Below, one piece after another: positions 62,701 through 64,000 of a stretch of 64,000 nucleotides of DNA. The stretch comes from Ruminococcus sp. (GTDB taxonomy: Bacteria; Bacillota; Clostridia; Oscillospirales; Acutalibacteraceae), in the NCBI GenBank assembly GCA_045593025.1, contig JAZNVW010000016.1, forward strand, positions 44,537-108,536, written 5' to 3'. Each line of letters opens with the position of its first letter. Position 1 is the first letter of the stretch. Made by a program: the position numbers and the translations under genes. The notes under the pieces were generated by a model, which did no database searches, had not been told where the DNA came from, and saw only the letters and a program-made list of their open reading frames with translations.

Positions 62701-64000
62701 ATTTGCTACATCAATTGTTTCACGTCCACTTGAAACAGTAAGCGTTATTTCGTCTCCTCGCTTTACTGCTGTTCCTAACGCTGTACTCTGACTAATAATT
62801 TTTCCTTCTTCTACGTTATCCGTCTTTTTGTATTCAACATAAACAACTAAACCTTTGCTTGTAAGCATAGCTTCTGCACTCTCTAAGCTATCTCCTACAA
62901 CATCGGGCATTTCGAATGCTGATGGGCCAAGAGAAATGGTCAGAGTGATTTTTGTGCCTTCCTCAACTTCATCTCCCGCATTAATACTCTGTGCAATTAC
63001 AGAACCCAACGCAACATTATCATCGTATTTTTCTACGATTTCAGGCTCTGAAAGTCCAGCTTTAAGCAACTTTGCAATCGCATCATCTTTTGAATCCCAG
63101 ATTACATACGGAACTGTGGAGACTCCATTTTCTGGCGATACAACATCCTTACCACTACTTACCATAAGTTCAACGGTTCCATTGATATCCATATAAGAAC
63201 CACCAACCGGAGTTTGGAGTATTATCTTTCCGGCAGGAATGTATTCTGATTCTATGGTTCCTTCTGCTGATGCAAGGAGTTGTCCTTCTTCAATTAATTC
63301 AAGTGCTTCATCCTTGTATAAACCTTCTACTTCCGGAACTACCACAATGCCCTCGGGAATTACAATCTCTTGAGTAAACTTTGAAAAATTAATAACACCA
63401 GTAACAAGCAAAAGTCCCAAGCAAACGATTATTACTAAAAGCGAAGGAATTAAAATCTTCAACCATAACGGCCAACTTAATCTGTCAATCAATTTAATTT
63501 TGCCATATATTCGTTTGGGTGGTGTTGGCGAAGTTAACTCTTGAATAAACGCTTCAATAGTTGGAGTTCTATCTTCAATTCTCACATTCAAAGCATTCAA
63601 GATAGCATTTTCACGAGATTTAGAAATCCCCTTGTTAAGCTTATGCGGATTAACCAAAACATCAGTACGCTTTGTTTCGTACTTAACACGCCTTTCCATC
63701 GCATCGGGAGGCGTTTCCCCTGTGACCATCCTGTATAATGTAGCAGCAAGAGAGTAAACATCCGTATGAGGGCCGTGGTCTCCCCTGCTTCTATATTGTT
63801 CTTCTGGTGAATATCCCTGCTTAATTACTACAGTCAAGCTTCTGCTGTGTGAAGTTGTCGCATAGCGAGAAGCACCAAAGTCTATGAGTTTAATCTCGCC
63901 ATCATCTGTAAGGAATATGTTATCGGGTGCAATATCCCTATGTAATATGCCCTCTGCATGAACAGCCTGTAATGATTCCATGACAGGCATCAGCATAGCT
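59713..64000 (-). CDS. PASTA-type Hanks Ser/Thr kinase (5' end outside window) with a greatly extended ectodomain
   Basis: The window starts mid-kinase (HRDIAPDNIFL, DFGAS, GYSPEEQ) and one TM helix follows (WLKILIPSLLVIIVCLGLLLV). About 4 PASTA units follow. Then come 3 Listeria-Bacteroides-type repeats (NANGGS...GY.F.GWY...LYA.W), 6 Ig-like repeats, a further beta-rich region and a C-terminal SH3b-like domain (YNIRSGAGTGYSSLG..). Confidence 0.9.
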   Translation of the reverse strand, partial: AMLMPVMESLQAVHAEGILHRDIAPDNIFLTDDGEIKLIDFGASRYATTSHSRSLTVVIKQGYSPEEQYRSRGDHGPHTDVYSLAATLYRMVTGETPPDAMERRVKYETKRTDVLVNPHKLNKGISKSRENAILNALNVRIEDRTPTIEAFIQELTSPTPPKRIYGKIKLIDRLSWPLWLKILIPSLLVIIVCLGLLLVTGVINFSKFTQEIVIPEGIVVVPEVEGLYKDEALELIEEGQLLASAEGTIESEYIPAGKIILQTPVGGSYMDINGTVELMVSSGKDVVSPENGVSTVPYVIWDSKDDAIAKLLKAGLSEPEIVEKYDDNVALGSVIAQSINAGDEVEEGTKITLTISLGPSAFEMPDVVGDSLESAEAMLTSKGLVVYVEYKKTDNVEEGKIISQSTALGTAVKRGDEITLTVSSGRETIDVANVVGKSESDATSILKGQGFKVTVLENYDSTVAAGKVISQSPKAGTAQLPNSTIIIYVSKGKQPINVSFNANGGSVSNGSNTLYLNEGYGELPTPEREGYSFKGWYSAKSGGVKVTSSTIVTTPSSHTLYAQWTANEYTVSFNTNGGGAAPSSKKVSYGSKYGDLETVSRSGYTFVGWYTSASGGTEILSESKYTTAGNQTLYAHWSEKGYTVTFNANGGSVATSSKNVVYASTYGTLPTPIRSGYIFDGWYTSASGGSNITSSSKVEITSSQTLYAHWTKIVVTEISVRTEPSITDYFVGDTLNASGLSLVAKYNDGTSKTIFNDFTCSPTTLTASGTQTISVSYEGKTTKFTVNVEKVLPAYISVKSNPSKTSYYVGDTLDTSGLTLTETYNNGTTKIVTTGFSCTPTKLSSSGTKSITVTYNGKTTTFSVNVKSVDPISISIQNKPTKTSYYEGDSLNTSGLSLSVKYNNGTTKTITSGFSCSPTTLSSSGTKTITVSYEGFTTTFTVNVEKVEPTSISVNNKPTKTSYYKGETLNTSGLSLTVKCNNGTTKTITSGFSCSPTTLSSSGTKTITVSYEGKTTTFTVYVEDVVVSSISVKSGPTKTSYYEGDTLNTSGLSLTVKYNNGTSKTISSGFSCSPTSLSSSGTKTITVTYEGKTTTFTVSVSKLELSSITVKSKPSKTSYYVGESFNDSGLTLTAKYNNGSTKTISNGFSCSPTGGFSSSGTKTITVSYGGKTTTFTVSVSNDSIVSMSSYSGSFKVLDTGIEITDYSSTVYVGEEVSISVSHSWDRTPKKFTVTTNSSATKVTASSSNTSVVTTSVSQSGNVATITVTPCLIDYNTTKTASVYVYLNGTQKATYSASVYRPHSLSLSSSDNKIIYVKGNVWDGSGVVCAVGTDSTSSTATSSNIAYLTVTTYNGNTAQCRVTVKSPSFTTNTTYNIRSGAGTGYSSLGTVGQGVTLSVYGNYWDGTYIWGYINYNGKWGWIAQFKYSG
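60463..61851 (-). repeat. six tandem ~231-bp (77-aa) Ig-like coding repeats inside the kinase gene
   Basis: Repeat unit is ..ISVKS.PSKTSYY.GD.L.TSGL.LT.KYNNGT.KTI.SGFSCSPT.LSSSGTKTITV.YEGKTTTFTV.V. Echo ORFs appear in another frame at 60609-61265. Confidence 0.8.

Larger units (their letters stand above)
38594..64000. mobile_element. AT-rich accessory block / putative integrated element. The left junction abuts the truncated tRNA-Asn. The right end is not in the window.
   Basis: The recombinase stop codon lies 54 bp from the tRNA break point. Base composition is visibly more AT-rich than in 1-38 kb. The cargo consists of recombination/regulation genes plus a T7SS-like locus. It is unresolved whether this is one element or several. 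Confidence 0.4.

Noticed and set aside
38594-64000. Possibility that the accessory block is a prophage
   Set aside because: No terminase, portal, capsid, tail or lysis genes are recognisable. The content is a recombinase, regulators, a helicase and a secretion locus, so an integrative island or transposon-like element fits better.
1-64000. CRISPR arrays or rRNA genes
   Set aside because: No short direct repeats with regular unique spacers were seen, and no rRNA-like conserved stretches. The only regular repeats are the coding repeats at 60.5-61.9 kb.

Overview
The gene content, GGAGG-type RBSs, a T-box leader and a GTP-dependent PEPCK suggest a Clostridia-type Firmicutes chromosome; this taxonomic call is an inference. 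Bases 1 to about 38.2 kb are mostly ordinary core genome: a potC-potD fusion, nnrD, T-box-pheST, ireB, a DtxR-like repressor with feoAB, an O-antigen-ligase-like gene, rimI, an LMW phosphatase, polA, alr, lgt, ruvX, pck, tsaD, ppa, a MATE transporter and an SNF transporter. One unusual operon sits inside this core at 28.1-34.4 kb. It encodes a soluble Clp_N/ClpB-D2/FtsH-AAA/M41 chimeric protease, a polytopic Rossmann/RyR-like membrane protein and a stand-alone RyR-domain protein. At 38.2-38.6 kb there is a truncated tRNA-Asn 3' fragment and an older degenerate copy, each followed by the same terminator hairpin. These mark the edge of a visibly AT-richer accessory block that runs to the window end. 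That block starts with a large serine recombinase, a TnpW-like small ORF, a DinG/XPD-like Fe-S helicase, about 420 nt of hairpin-rich non-coding sequence, a sigma-region-4-like HTH protein and an ImmA-like peptidase coupled to a Com-like Zn-ribbon ORF. The rest (45.3-64 kb, all on the minus strand) is a non-canonical type VII secretion (T7SSb-like) locus. It contains EssC, YukD, a WXG100 protein, a CpaE/TadZ-like ATPase, an FHA protein, two Hanks kinases (one PASTA-type with a large repeat-rich ectodomain), a PP2C phosphatase and small helical accessory proteins. It also encodes two paralogous effectors that share an unrecognised N-terminal domain. No EsaA, EssA or EssB counterpart is recognisable in the window. 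I saw no rRNA, no intact tRNA and no CRISPR array. All family assignments come from motif recognition by eye, not from searches.
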